Shown in pieces: positions 1 through 12,572 of a stretch of 64,000 nucleotides of DNA. Source of the DNA: Eledone cirrhosa (taxonomy: Eukaryota); contig OZ024743.1 in the NCBI GenBank assembly GCA_964016885.1, positions 227,292,001 to 227,356,000 on the forward strand, given 5' to 3'. The first letter of the stretch is position 1; every line of letters starts with the position of its first letter. Made by a program: the position numbers and the translations under genes. The notes below the pieces were generated by a model. The model worked only from the letters and a program-made list of their open reading frames with translations. It did no database searches and had not been told where the DNA came from.

Positions 1-28
1 CTTAGCCATAAGGAATCAAGCATTATGC

Positions 29-1102
29 ATGGCACTAACTGAAACGCTCCTGATAAACATTATAGCAGATGCGAAAATACATATACCAATGTATACTCAT
101 GGTGGGGTTCCCTTGTACATCTGTGATGTCACACCCGTTGTACTGTTGACATATTGCAACTCAGTCTCGGACACACTGATAGTACATATGAAGCAACTGA
201 AAATGGTAATAAGTGTGTCATATCGGCTACCCTACGCCACTAGTCATGAAGGTAAATTTTAGGATAACCTCAAAAGGATGGACGAAGACCTTGACAAACT
301 GGACCAGGGTCTCAACATTCTGCTGCTGAGAGACTTTAACCTACCAAAGCTCAAATGGCCTGAGGGCCACCTCCTCCCTTGAATGACATCACTCGAACAG
401 AGACAGACGGAGTCCCTCACATATTCATGCCACAAGCACTTCTCTTCCCAACAAGAGGCGAGAATGTCCTGGATCTCTGTTTTTGTTTTACAAATAATGC
501 AGTGATCATCCACAATGTAAAGATGAAACCAACGATTTTCTCGGATCCTAATTTAGTAGAACTAATGATATGTGGTCTGAGAGAGTCAGCACAGGCGCAA
601 CCATTAAGAAGTACCGGGAATTTATACCAACACATATTTTCAACATTTCATGACAACAATACAAACAATATGCCATAAGTTTTTCCCGGAGAAAAATGCC
701 AAGGGACACAAGAATCTTATTCCCAGAGACAGGAAAATGCTTATGAGACGAAGAACTGAGCTCTCAAATCAGTTAAATGCACATCAGAAAAACAAGAAGG
801 AACCCTATCTGAAACGTGCACTACTTGAAATAGAAACTGCACTCAAACTTTCCCATGAGAAGCAGAAGGCTGAGAGAGAAGCCAGGGCCATAGTACATAT
901 TAAAACAAGCCTTAAGGCCTTCTTTAAATTTGCAAAAGAAACTGCCTCGGTACACTGCAAGATTGGGCCACTATTCCATAAAAATGGTTCATTAACCGAG
1001 CATCCCCATGGGATAACTGAAATACTGAAGGAACAGTACAAAGGTGTGTTCACATCCCCCATTGAGGCACATGCAAATAACAAAACCAGAGGATTTATTT
1101 AA
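29..1102 (+). mobile_element. Decayed CR1/L2-group LINE ORF2 fragment (APE endonuclease and linker), frameshifted
   Basis: Across frames: ILLLRDFNLPKLKW (GDFNLP..W), PTRGENVLDL, SDPNLVEL (SDH), KAFFKFAK, KIGPL..NGSLT..EILKEQYKGVFT; typical of CR1-group ORF2; stops and frameshifts present. Confidence 0.75.
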
Positions 1103-1281
1103 TGCCACAACACTCCACCAACAAATAAAAACCTAATAAATTGAAGTGAAAACAAGTGCGTGTGTTTTTATTAGCAGCATGACCTTCCCAAAGTATAAAA
1201 ATACATATATATATGTAAGTGTGTTTGTGTGTGTGTATATGTGTGTGACTGAGTCTGTGCGTATCTGTGTGTGTAAAATGT

Positions 1282-1685
1282 TTCTTCCTCGCTCACTTAT
1301 TCCTGGGAGGGTTGTAGAGGCAGAATCGTCAAACACTCCTTTCAGCGCGATATGCAAGATGCAACCGTTACAACTGATCCGGCTGGATCCCGTCATACTA
1401 CTCACGCTCTATGCCTAGGTTTCCTGCCAATTGGTTTTGCCCGTAAAGTCTGTCTAGCGATTCTTTCCTGAAACATTCTAACCACATGCCCTTCGTATCG
1501 GAGCTGTGATCTCTCAATCCGTAGAAATAGAGGCTCTAGCTGGACCAACACTTATTCTCCGAGCTACGCACTCTATCGAGCAATGCTACTCCAAAAACAT
1601 GCGTGTCAACCCCATTTCGTCCGCTTTTATTCACGATCGTATTTTTTCGGTCCTTCCACAACGTTCATGACCATAGCTAATGTTT
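1282..1685 (-). mobile_element. RTE-clade LINE 3' fragment (ORF2 C-terminus)
   Basis: Minus-strand translation: LSYGHE..TEKIRS.IKADEM, VALLDRVRSS, EPLFLRIERSQLRYEGHVVRM..ERIARQ..AKPIGRKPR; matches RTE C-terminal consensus. Confidence 0.8.
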
Positions 1686-1693
1686 CGCACGAA

Positions 1694-1744
<51 letters not shown>

Positions 1745-1842
1745 ATAATAATAAATTTGAAGACTAAAATCCAAAGAGGGCTCGATAAGGATAAATATAT
1801 ATCAAATATATAGGAACCGTAGAGCAAATATTTATTAAAATA

Positions 1843-1918
1843 ACAGATTAAAGTTTAAGCAAAGAATCGTTGCTTTCCCCCTTAACGCGATCTTCTGAAA
1901 CTAAAAAAGTCAATCTGT
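1843..1918 (-). ncRNA. Hammerhead-like ribozyme motif, type I, variant core CAGAAGA (inverted copy)
   Basis: Reverse strand AGUUU-CAGAAGA-UCGC/GUUAA/GGGG-GAAA-GCAA..UUGC-UU-AAACU with distal ACAGAUUGA/UUAAUCUGU helix. Confidence 0.55.
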
Positions 1919-2324
1919 GAACGCAGAAGTAAATATTTCAAAAAACGTTGCAACCGAAGGAAGACAGGAAGACGATACTTTGGTTCGTGGAAACGTTCCC
2001 TGACAAGGAACGAAAAAACACGAGTGTTTTCGCGTATGCTTGTGTATGTACGTATATGGATGAGTGTATGTATATATTTAATTTCATTTACCTCTATATT
2101 TTATTTACTTTCGGTTTCCTAAATAGAATTTTAGTCTACGACATCAGTTATACCATTTGCGTGGTTTTGTCTTTGCGTGTAATTGTTTTCACCGCACCAA
2201 ATAATGACGTATTATCTTCGTTTTTTTTTTCGTTCTTTGCCAGAGAACGTTTCCACGAACCAAAGTATCGTCGTCCTGTCTTCCTTCGGTTGCAACGTTT
2301 TTTGAAATATTTACTTCTGCGTTC

Positions 2325-2400
2325 ACAGATTGATTTTTTTAGTTTCAGAAGATCCCGTTAAGGGTGAAAGCAGCGATTCTTTGCTTAAACTTTAATCTGT
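2325..2400 (+). ncRNA. Hammerhead-like ribozyme motif, type I, variant core CAGAAGA
   Basis: ACAGAUUGA-U7 bulge-AGUUU / AAACU-UUAAUCUGU stem I; CAGAAGA; stem II UCCC-GUUAA-GGGU; GAAA; stem III GCAG..UUGC; UU. Confidence 0.6.
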
Positions 2401-2405
2401 TATTT

Positions 2406-2513
<108 letters not shown>

Positions 2514-2824
2514 TGTAAGTAGAAGAATCTACTGATATTTTAGTAAAGAGCGTTAAGCTTGATGAGTTATTCAAGAATTCTAATACATGCAGGGATCAAA
2601 GTTCTGAGTGTACTGCAAAGGGTTTTGATACTGGTAAATAAAGACGATGCAATTCACAGAGCGTAACTACTCAATACCAAAGGAAAACGCGGGTAGTTAT
2701 TTAGATTCAATCTTTAAAGTCGTGTCTATGTAGCACCAGTGCCAAGAATTAATTAATCGGTCAATGAATTAATAATTAATTATTAATATGAATTGGGCTT
2801 CATACAATTCAATATAAATAATTA

Positions 2825-3905
2825 CTACACTTCTATTTCGCCAAACCTTCTGAACAGTGTTTAATAATGGTGATAAGTGTAAGTAACTTAGTTTGGGCCA
2901 AAATTGACACCATACTTGCTGCAAGGAAGACTATAATTGAATTCGAAATGAGGTTTTGAACCAGAAACAAATCAGCATAGTGATACCATAGTGATATAAA
3001 AAAACTTTGATATCACTATGTTATCAAGTGATTCTGCTCAGGTCACTGATGCAGTACATAATTTCTTACTAAATAAATTATAATGTATGTTCTCTTCATT
3101 TAAAGGCAGCTTATATCGAGATGATATCCTTTTCAGTATTGGTAAGAATAGTAGAAAACTAGAAAGAACTAAGAACCACTTACAAATATGTTAAATAGTA
3201 TAACATAACCATAACTATTCATACCGATAATATAGTAAATTTTCTAGATGCAACCTTAGAACTAAATACCGGGAAATATAAACATTTTCATAAACCCATC
3301 AAACAGCTTTTCTTTTGTCAACAAGCACCTTAATCCTATGCTAAACACGATCAAACTATCATTCTCAACCTTCCATGACATAGTTGATTATTTAACCCCC
3401 AGTAACATCACGAAACTCGAAAATCACAGTAGGATATCCGGCAATGTTAATAACACAAACAGATTATATACATCGACTCGTTTGAATCGTGGAAAGCCAG
3501 GCATTTCCTCTAACAATGGTGCACACCTTAATTATCTTAATACCCAATAAGTAACTGTAGTAACGCTGAATCATACCCTATTAATGACAATTGCCTGATA
3601 TAAAATGTAGTGTACCAATATGCTGTTTCTACAGCTACCAGTACCAAAGTATATACTGGTGCAACTTCGAATAGATTCATTTCCCGGTAGTACATGCATC
3701 TTCATTCTTTTCAGAAGGATACATTAAAAAGGTTTACCTTGCTCACCCGTTACATATGCATATTGGAATTGAAAGATGTTCCTATTGAATACTCCTTTAA
3801 GGGTCACCACCCCGTATAAACAAGGAAACCGTAACACAGAATATTTCCTAATAATTAAATTTCATCTACCACTCTTAAATAGGAAACCTGAAATCCTCTC
3901 TAATT
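2825..3905 (+). mobile_element. Highly decayed Penelope-like element ORF (RT + GIY-YIG endonuclease), YRDD-type RT
   Basis: FDITM, DSAQVTDAV..FLLNKL, GSLYRDDIL (3105), VNFLDATLELNTGKYKHFHKP (3235), then NCLI.NVVYQ..KVYTGATSNRFISR.YMHLHSF (GIY-YIG), with many stops. Confidence 0.8.
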
Positions 3906-4960
3906 ACTTACACAGGAATTCTTCTTCTATCTATTATAGTAAATATGTCCCCACTTAGTATATTATGGTAACCCATTGAGTCATTTCCCTTATATAGTTG
4001 CTTCTGTTTATTTTTATATCTATCAGGTATGAATCAGACTTTAGTGATAATTATGCTGTCTAATTCATAATGGGCAATTGAACTCATAGTAATAAGAATA
4101 TTTTCACTATGGTCATTCTATTTTAGCAATGTATGACCCCACTTAATTCATTATCACAACCTATTATGTGCTTCGCCTGATATAATTGCCCCTTACATCT
4201 ACAAGGTATGAATTTGGTCATCTATTCGACTGGTCACTGTTAAAAGCAAACACCATGGTAAATATGGTAACGTTATATTAATAACACAGCTAGTTGATCT
4301 AACGGTATTTATTTGTTTATATACCAACACGTGCTTGCTTTTGTAAGTAGAACATGACCTTAGTAGCGTTCTACGTTTCATTTAATTCCGTATGAGTAGA
4401 ATCTTTTCTGACAATATCATTAAAGGAACATTTCACTAAGATATTCATAATTACATGTAATATTAGGTTATTGTTTTAGCCATGTATACTGACTTTGAAA
4501 TCCGTTTATTTTCCTCTGAAACGGTAAGATTTCTCACAATATAATTCCTCCAAATTGCTTATGTTATACGCTATTCTCTAATTACACAACTCAGCTGATT
4601 TTATGTGTTATTTTCGCTATTTGAATGCTTGCCATTGTAGTTTCTTGATGTGTTAACGTAACTCAATGGATCTATTTATATTTCCTGATATAAATGCGGC
4701 TAGATGCTTTTGTGCCATATGAATTACTAATTATTAAATATTGAATTTGAATTATGAATTTGGCTTTCCTTTTCTATTGATTTTATATATATTTTTCAAA
4801 GTCTACTACAACACATTTTAACTCTAATAAATATGACATGAAAAGTGTATATACCATAAGTAAGCACTACTCTGGATACGTAGCCATTCAACCCGTATGA
4901 TTAGGCATAACAAGGTAAACGTACTAGTTCTGATAATGGAGAAAATGTGTCATTATTAAT

Positions 4961-5286
4961 ATCCCGCCGAGGTTGACTTTGCCTTTCATCCTTACGGGAT
5001 CGATAAAATAAAGTACCAGTCACGCACTGGGGTCAATTTCATCGACTTCCCCTCCCCCCCAAAAAAAAATTGCTGGCCTTGTGCCTAAATAAGAAACCAT
5101 TATTAATAATTATTTCTACTTTTGGCACAAGGCCAGCAATTATTCCAGTACATTACTGGTACTTTATTTTATCGACCCCGTAAGGATGAAAGGCAAAGTT
5201 AACCTCGGCGGGATTTGAACTCAGACCATAAAGGGCCGTAACTCTTTGCTGCAAAGCATGAGGTCTGACCCTCTACCGATACTGCC
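4961..5286. mobile_element. Two tRNA-derived SINEs tail-to-tail (+ 4961-5104; - 5108-5286)
   Basis: Family core GCCGAGGTTAACTTTGCCTTTCATCCTTACGGGGTCGATAAAATAAAGTACCAGT and tail TTGCTGGCCTTGTGCC..AGAAAC; B-box GTTCAAATCC in the minus copy; central segment resembles the Nin/Deu SINE domain. Confidence 0.85.
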
Positions 5287-6002
5287 ATGCCTATGAAACT
5301 GTCTTTTATTTTAAATGTGCCACTAATTTTCATTAGTTCTTTTTTGCTCTCTATATAGCATTGGACTACTAGAAGCCTTGATTAATAGAGGTAAATTTGC
5401 TAGCACCAGGCCCCATTTTTGCTCGGTTTTCAACATAGACTTAAACATAACCTACTATTTCGAAATTGAATAAGGCTGCGTAACCCTGGATACAGGCCAA
5501 TAACAAGGGTCGTCAGCCGATGCCAGCTTAGTCTGGGATGAAAATATTCTCTCGATATTGAAAGGAACATGAGATAAAGTTATGTACACTAGTGAAACAA
5601 CGTTTCTTTGCATCATTTCACTTTACTTTCAAAGAGACATTTGGCAACGGTACGCCCAGTTTCGAAATTATGCTTCTTTGATTTAAATCCTCTTGAAATA
5701 TCAGAGTGGAAGATTAATGTAAACTTAAATTAAATAGTATTACAGATTTTGAATTATACACCTCACCTGTGAAACAAATGAACTACAAAGTGTAAACACT
5801 TTTAAATAATCTTCCGTTCAGAGAACAATAAGAGATTATTTTTATATATGAATTTAATCGGCATTTTCCAACTGCAATCTTTCCGGGAATAAAGTAATAT
5901 TGCAACCCAACATATTCCAACGCTATATATGTTATAAAGAATATTGACAATGCCTGTAACGATGCGGTACCACCTTAGCTTCATACTCTGTCCTAGATTT
6001 CC

Positions 6003-6033
<31 letters not shown>

Positions 6034-6070
6034 ATTAAATAAATGGAAACTATATTTATAAAACCATATT

Positions 6071-6136
6071 TATTTCATTATATATATTTCAGGGATATCA
6101 TATTAACAATATGCTATGCCTTCCTCAGACAAAATA
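6071..6136 (-). ncRNA. Type I hammerhead ribozyme (inverted copy)
   Basis: Reverse complement of 6301-6366. Confidence 0.75.
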
Positions 6137-6300
6137 CAATATAAACAGTTTTATAGATAAATAGATTCGACATACCGTAACAACATCGACTTGCATTTGA
6201 AGAGGTTGATTTGGCAGTTGTAACATATATATATTTGTAACATATATATATTTTGTAACATGTATACAGTTGTAACATGTATATAGTTGTAACATATATA

Positions 6301-6366
6301 TATTTTGTCTGAGGAAGGCATAGCATATTGTTAATATGATATCCCTGAAATATATATAATGAAATA
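6301..6366 (+). ncRNA. Type I hammerhead ribozyme
   Basis: Stem I UAUUUUGU/AUGAAAUA (2 G.U); CUGAGGA; stem II AGGCAUAGCAUAUU/AAUAUGAUAUCCCU; GAAA; palindromic stem III UAUAUA; AUA cleavage triplet. Confidence 0.8.
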
Positions 6367-6520
6367 AATATGGTTTTATAAATATAGTTTCCATTTATTT
6401 AATATTGTAAATATACTCCAAATATTTGTCGAGTGCTTTTATATCAGTTATAAATATTTACTAGTTGTAACCCAACAATTTTAAATATAACTTTCCATAT
6501 ATATATATGTATGGATGTAT

Positions 6521-6553
<33 letters not shown>

Positions 6554-6555
6554 AG

Positions 6556-6593
<38 letters not shown>

Positions 6594-7311
6594 GAGAGGG
6601 ATGAACAACAATACAAGTATACATGTGTTCAAATTGTAAATGACCAAGTTAGCTGGGATGAAAAATACTAATTTAAAACAATATGGTTTGCCTTTCTCGA
6701 TTTAAAGTAATAAATCAATACAAATAACAAACCTATATTGGGCAATCGCCGTTTGATACCCGGACAGATCTAAATCTGTTCCGCAACAATTATTAAGTGA
6801 AAGTCACTATTCCTGTGCTCTTCTGCTGGCATCCAGGAAATTCGTACCTTTCACTTCAAAAGATTTAAGGAGACTGAAACTATGTGTTGTTGAACGCACA
6901 TGTCACAGCGACTAAAGCGTCTCATACTCGTGCCGCTAAAAATAGCAGCCGGTTGTATGGGACAAAAGTTAGCTCTACGTATGGAGCCGAGATTATTATA
7001 TGTTGAGTTTGAAACTCAAAATAGTCTTTTACAGAACTGTCCGGGTATCAAACGGCGATTTCCCAATATAGGTTTCTTATTTTTTTTTATTTATTACTTT
7101 AAATCGAGACAGGCAAACCATATTGTTTTAAATTAGTATTTTTCAACCTAGCTAACTTGGTCATTTACAATTTGAACACATGTATACTTGTATTGTGTTC
7201 ATCCATGTCATATATTCAATTGTATTACACGGCTCGGAAAGATTCCCTTCTTTGAGCTATTTAATTGTAAAAGATTATTTTGAGTTTCTAACTCAATATA
7301 TAATATATATA

Positions 7312-7387
<76 letters not shown>

Positions 7388-7509
7388 GGAGGTGAGTTTT
7401 ATTGTAGTACAATAAAGCAATGCAGATATCGGATAAGAAGCACTCTACAGTTTGTGGGACTGGAGTATGCATAATATAAGATCAAAAGATGGTTAAAGGA
7501 GTTCAATAT

Positions 7510-7578
7510 ATTTTATTATGCGCATTTCAAAAACAAACATCATCAAACAATAATATTTGTGTTTTCATCAGATAAAAC
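7510..7578 (-). ncRNA. Type I hammerhead ribozyme (inverted copy)
   Basis: Reverse complement of 7701-7769. Confidence 0.8.
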
Positions 7579-7700
7579 AGGAGAACATGATATGAAGGCT
7601 AAAAAAACACTTGTTGATAGTGCAGTTTTAAATCAACATATGTTGATTTAAAACTGCACTATCAACAAGTGTTTTTTTAGCCTTCATATCATGTTCTCCT

Positions 7701-7769
7701 GTTTTATCTGATGAAAACACAAATATTATTGTTTGATGATGTTTGTTTTTGAAATGCGCATAATAAAAT
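7701..7769 (+). ncRNA. Type I hammerhead ribozyme
   Basis: Stem I GUUUUAU/AUAAAAU; CUGAUGA; 16-position stem II with three G.U pairs and one mismatch; GAAA; palindromic stem III UGCGCA; AUA. Confidence 0.85.
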
Positions 7770-7800
7770 ATATTGAACTCCTTTAACCATCTTTTGATCT

Positions 7801-7872
<72 letters not shown>

Positions 7873-7972
7873 ATAATAGTAGAACACTGGTGGGTTCTAT
7901 ACATAGTAGTAGAGAACTCAATCCATGGGACGAGTTTGGTAGAAGTAGTTCCACAACAGTTAGCTCACCATT

Positions 7973-8015
7973 ACCAAGAACAATTGTTTCACCTTATTCG
8001 GATCATCAGTTCGGT
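7973..8015 (-). ncRNA. Minimal type I hammerhead ribozyme
   Basis: Reverse strand ACCGAA-CUGAUGA-UCC/GAAUAA/GGU-GAAA-CAAUUG-UU-CUUGGU; palindromic stem III; first stem I pair mismatched. Confidence 0.7.
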
Positions 8016-8037
8016 TTAAACTACTACTACTACTACA

Positions 8038-8110
<73 letters not shown>

Positions 8111-8567
8111 TATATTTAATATATATGGAACTCTATAAAAGGAGAGTTGAACCGATATAAACATTTATTCTAAGATGACAGAATTAAGGAACTGAGATGG
8201 TCTGTTACACTCACCTGGATAAACATATGTAGAAGAACATATATACAGCTACACACATGTACGAAACGTACAAACAATGTTTTTGCTACACTGCCATTAC
8301 AATTTTAAAGCGAAAACATAAAGAAGAGTACTTCTCACATTTTAGTTGTAACACAGTGTAATTTCTTATATTAAAGTTAACTTTCCTTAATGCAGACAAT
8401 AACTATCTCGACATGATTAATGTACAATTCCATAACTGCCACAGTGTTTCTGTCTACTTGTCTACTGTCGTGGATTGCATACGTATAAATAAATACATAC
8501 TTGCGTACGTACGTACATTCATACACACACAGACACACACACACACAAAGACACACATATATATACA

Positions 8568-8642
<75 letters not shown>

Positions 8643-8955
8643 ATGCATTTGTATGTATATATATGTTACTAGATATAAATTCTTTATTATTATCTCCAAA
8701 ATATTTGTCGAGCAATACTGGCCATGACTGCTGCTACGGTAGTAGGCTGGCCGCTGTCTTATTAACAACCCACTTTCCACCGATTGACCTCGATGTCACA
8801 TGTTCGATTCTTTTTGAATTTGCCACAGACACAGAGGCAGTGATTTTCTCAATGGCTAGGAAGTAAGTCCACGCTTTGCTATTTCCTATTCACTGATTTA
8901 TTTTTTAATAAGCTTCCAGAGTCCTCGCTTTGCCTGGAAACTTATATGAGAATAG

Positions 8956-9037
8956 ACTTTGCTGATGACGGGATGTTTCTCCACACCTTCTCCGGAAGAT
9001 GTATCTACTCCATTCCAGAAACTAATTAGTTGGAAGT
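8956..9037 (+). ncRNA. Type I hammerhead ribozyme, slightly decayed
   Basis: ACUUUG-CUGAUGA-CGGGAUG..CAUUCCA-GAAA-CUAAUUAG-UU-GGAAGU; palindromic stem III; ~50 nt upstream of a (TA)n. Confidence 0.7.
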
Positions 9038-9085
9038 GATATTTTAGTAAGTAAGTTAATTTTATAATTTTCTTATCTTACGTCT

Positions 9086-9172
<87 letters not shown>

Positions 9173-9354
9173 CAATACATAAACCGAGAAAGCCTTAAGC
9201 GATACTCCGACCAATTCCATCTCACTCAACAAACATTAGGATATACTTAAGTATTATCCTAATTTAGTGTTTGGGGTGCTAACTAATCAGTATTTCGTGG
9301 AAAATTGGTTGCATTATTTTATATGAGACATTATTAAATAAATATTTCTTTCCT

Positions 9355-9478
9355 TCCAGACGGCCGTTTCGTTATAAGATTTCTACAAATTGGAATAAAT
9401 AATTTCCAAGTTATGTAGAAACTTGTATATAATCCGTAGTTTTATACACAAGCGGGCTCTTATAAACTCATCAGTGGA
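9355..9478 (-). ncRNA. Type I hammerhead ribozyme with branched stem II
   Basis: UCCA-CUGAUGA-GUUUAUAAGA..UCUUAUAAC-GAAA-CGGCCG-UC-UGGA; GUC triplet; two extra hairpins inside stem II. Confidence 0.9.
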
Positions 9479-9903
9479 TGCCAAAATTAATATCGATATA
9501 AGAATTATATCGACATTAATAGAATAGTGATGGTCTCCCTCAGCGCTAAGAAGAGACTGGTAGATTAAAATCCAGCAGTTCTCCCAAATAAAAAGTACAC
9601 GCTGTCCCCAAAGGCGTAAAGGGAGGTTATCTTAAAATAAAACAATATACACGCTGGTCAATTAAACCTGTTAGGTATTAAACACGTGTATAAGAACTCA
9701 ATTGGAAATTTAAAAGAATAATCATATGTATATATAACCAATGCACAGAGATATTAAAACATAATAAATATATGTATGGATCACCCACACATACACACAG
9801 TTATTCTTTAAGGCTAAATCACACATGGGATACAAGGAAGATCAATCAGTATTTCATATAAAAAATAATAATAATAAAGAGAGCCATACCCTATAACTGG
9901 AAT

Positions 9904-9942
<39 letters not shown>

Positions 9943-10082
9943 TTAAAATAACAGATTAAAGTTTAAACAAAGAATCGGGGCTTTGCTCTACGGTTCTTAT
10001 ATATTTGATATATATTTATCCTTATCGGGCCCTCTTTGGATTTTAGTCTTCAAATGTAATATTATTACTATATATATGTGTA

Positions 10083-10113
<31 letters not shown>

Positions 10114-10763
10114 GTGTATCATACTTTTTCAATACCAAGACACTTCATGAAACCATATTTGTTAATAAAATAAAAAGTGGTTACTTGTTGCTGGGTAATT
10201 CTACCTTTTATTTTAATTTTTAACTGCATGCACACACATACTCACACTCACACTCACACACACATATATATATACCTATATACACGGAGAGAGAGAGAGA
10301 GAGAGGTGGGAGATGTATGGTTGTGTGTGTGTATTACTCATGTCTCGTGACTAATTCAGAGACGGAAGTTGCTTTAAAAAATCTTGTGGGTGAAATAAAT
10401 AGAATAAATAAACAATAGCAATATTAAAATGAAAGAGCATAAAATAAAATAAGGAAATACATTTGATTGTAGTTTTTGTTTATATTTTTTCTTTAATTTT
10501 AGCAAGGTTATTTCTGTTTTAGATAGTTGCATTACTAAACCCGTCTGTTGATTCTCGTCTTAATGACTGCTTTTAATAGCCAGTCAGTACGTAAACTAGC
10601 AGCCATTTTGATTTCTAAGCTTTCTTGCTTTCCGTCTTACTTTATCTTTTTCTATTCTTGCTGGTTTCTGATGTTGTGTTTGTTGTTGTTCTTCATGCTG
10701 TTGTTGTCGCCGTTATTGTCACTATTGCTGTTTTCTTTCCTACAGCTCCACTGTGTCACCTTC

Positions 10764-10809
10764 CTATAAGCTCGTCAGATTTGCTGGAGATGCTTGCTTC
10801 ATCAGATAG
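10764..10809 (-). ncRNA. Possible decayed hammerhead motif
   Basis: CUAU-CUGAUGA-AGC..GC-AAA..UU-AUAG; GAAA and stem III damaged. Confidence 0.3.
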
Positions 10810-11100
10810 CTTCATGTTTGATCCCTTTCACTACATTTTGTTTTTCTCACAGTTATTCTCTATCTTTTTTTACTTTTTCTGTTTTCATTTTCCTTCCATT
10901 CCTCCACCCATCTTCTCTCTCTTCCTCTCTATCTCTCTCACTCTTGCTTTCTTTTTCTATCTGCCTATCGATCAAGATCACTTTCCTTTAGATACTATCT
11001 CTTCCTCTCTAACCCCACCTATAACATCTTTCATTCTCGAGCGAGATCATGTGCTTTCTATCTTTTTCTTTATCTCTCCATCACTTTTGATCGTTTTCCC

Positions 11101-11208
<108 letters not shown>

Positions 11209-11344
11209 GAGGTTATATTTAATTTGTTGGGATTCAACAAGCTTAAAAATGTTTATAACTGATATAAAGCACTCAAGGAAGCTCCAACCGTTAAGGTTGT
11301 CTTTTTTCCCGGGTATGTCAATATTTATTTATAAAACAAACCTG

Positions 11345-11410
11345 TATTTTATCTGATGAAAGCGCACCATAATTTGCCTTGGTTGCTCTTGAAATATGTT
11401 TAATAAAATA
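11345..11410 (+). ncRNA. Type I hammerhead ribozyme, same family as 6301-6366
   Basis: UAUUUUAU-CUGAUGA-AAGCGCACC..GGUUGCUCUU-GAAA-UAUGUU-UA-AUAAAAUA; downstream sequence matches 6367-6407; stem III decayed. Confidence 0.75.
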
Positions 11411-11466
11411 AATATAGTTTTATAAATATAGTTTCCATTTATTAATATATTGTATATATACATATA

Positions 11467-11507
<41 letters not shown>

Positions 11508-11508
11508 G

Positions 11509-11602
<94 letters not shown>

Positions 11603-11743
11603 TATATGCAATAATATGTACACATAAAAGGGAAAACGATATATATATATATATATGTATGTATGTATATATATGTGTGTGTGTGTGTGTATATATTTAT
11701 ATGTATGTATGTATATATATGTGTATATATATATATATATATA

Positions 11744-11850
11744 TAATTGTTTCTACTTTTGGCACAAGGCCATCAAATACCAGTACATTACTGTTACTTT
11801 ATTAATGTACTGGGTATTTGCCGGCCTTGTACCAAACGTAGAAACAATTA
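11744..11850. mobile_element. Inverted pair of SINE 3' tails inside (TA)n
   Basis: AATTGTTTCTACTTTTGGCACAAGGCC..CAGTACATTA then TAATGTACTGG..GGCCTTGTACCAAACGTAGAAACAATT. Confidence 0.75.
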
Positions 11851-12572
11851 TATATATATATATACAGATTAGAGCAAACATCACGGGCGCTCTATCTCGA
11901 AATTACTTTTGAAAAGCATTAGAAATGCGCAACCGGTAAAAACTTCAAACCAAAACTGAATACTAACCAATACCAGTCACGCACTGGTGTCGATTTAATC
12001 GACTTTCCCATTCCCCAAAATTGCTGGCCTTGTGCCTATATATAAGAAACCAATATTGTCTTTCTTGTTGTTAACGGAATTGTTCATTTTTGTTGTTAAT
12101 GTTGACATTTAAACCCAGATCAAGCCTGATTCAACAAGCCTATGATAAAAAGCATTCCAACTATGACCATCTATATAATATTCAAATATGTCAATATTTA
12201 CTTTAAACAGCAATATTACAGCTGGTGCTATTGGTGTTTCTAGCAGGTGTATGGGGTTTAGTAACAGAGTTGAGCTGATTTTGTTTTTGTTTTTGCTTTT
12301 GTTGTTGGTGCTCTTGGTAATGTTGTTACTGTCTCTGCTACTGTTGTTACTGTTTCTGTTGTTAGTGTTGCTGTTCTTTAATGGGCGTAGGCTTGTTGTG
12401 TTTATGATTAATGTTGTTATTACTGTTGTTTTAGTATTGTTGGTTATGTTGTTGTTGCTGCTGTCGTTGTTGTTATTGTTGCTCTCGTAACAGTTGTTGC
12501 TGCTGCTGTTGCCTTTGTTGTTTTTCCTGATCGTGTTGTGTGGATGATATTGTTGTTATTGGTGTTATTGAG

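Larger units (their letters stand above)
1741..2405. mobile_element. (TA)n-embedded small element with ~180-bp inverted arms (1838-2018 / 2225-2405), each with an HHR-like motif
   Basis: Arms are near-perfect reverse complements; (TA)n on both sides; more pieces of the family at 9942-10069 and 16671-16726. Confidence 0.8.
6028..6497. mobile_element. (TA)n-embedded element with 109-bp inverted arms (6028-6136 / 6301-6409), each with an HHR
   Basis: Arms are reverse complements; spacer holds TGTAACAT(A/G)TATA reiterations; homologous to 11290-11452. Confidence 0.85.
7385..7808. mobile_element. (TA)n-embedded element containing a 338-bp palindrome (7471-7808, centre 7639/7640)
   Basis: Arms match base for base by eye with no spacer; left arm continues a further ~85 bp to (TA)n. 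Confidence 0.9.
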
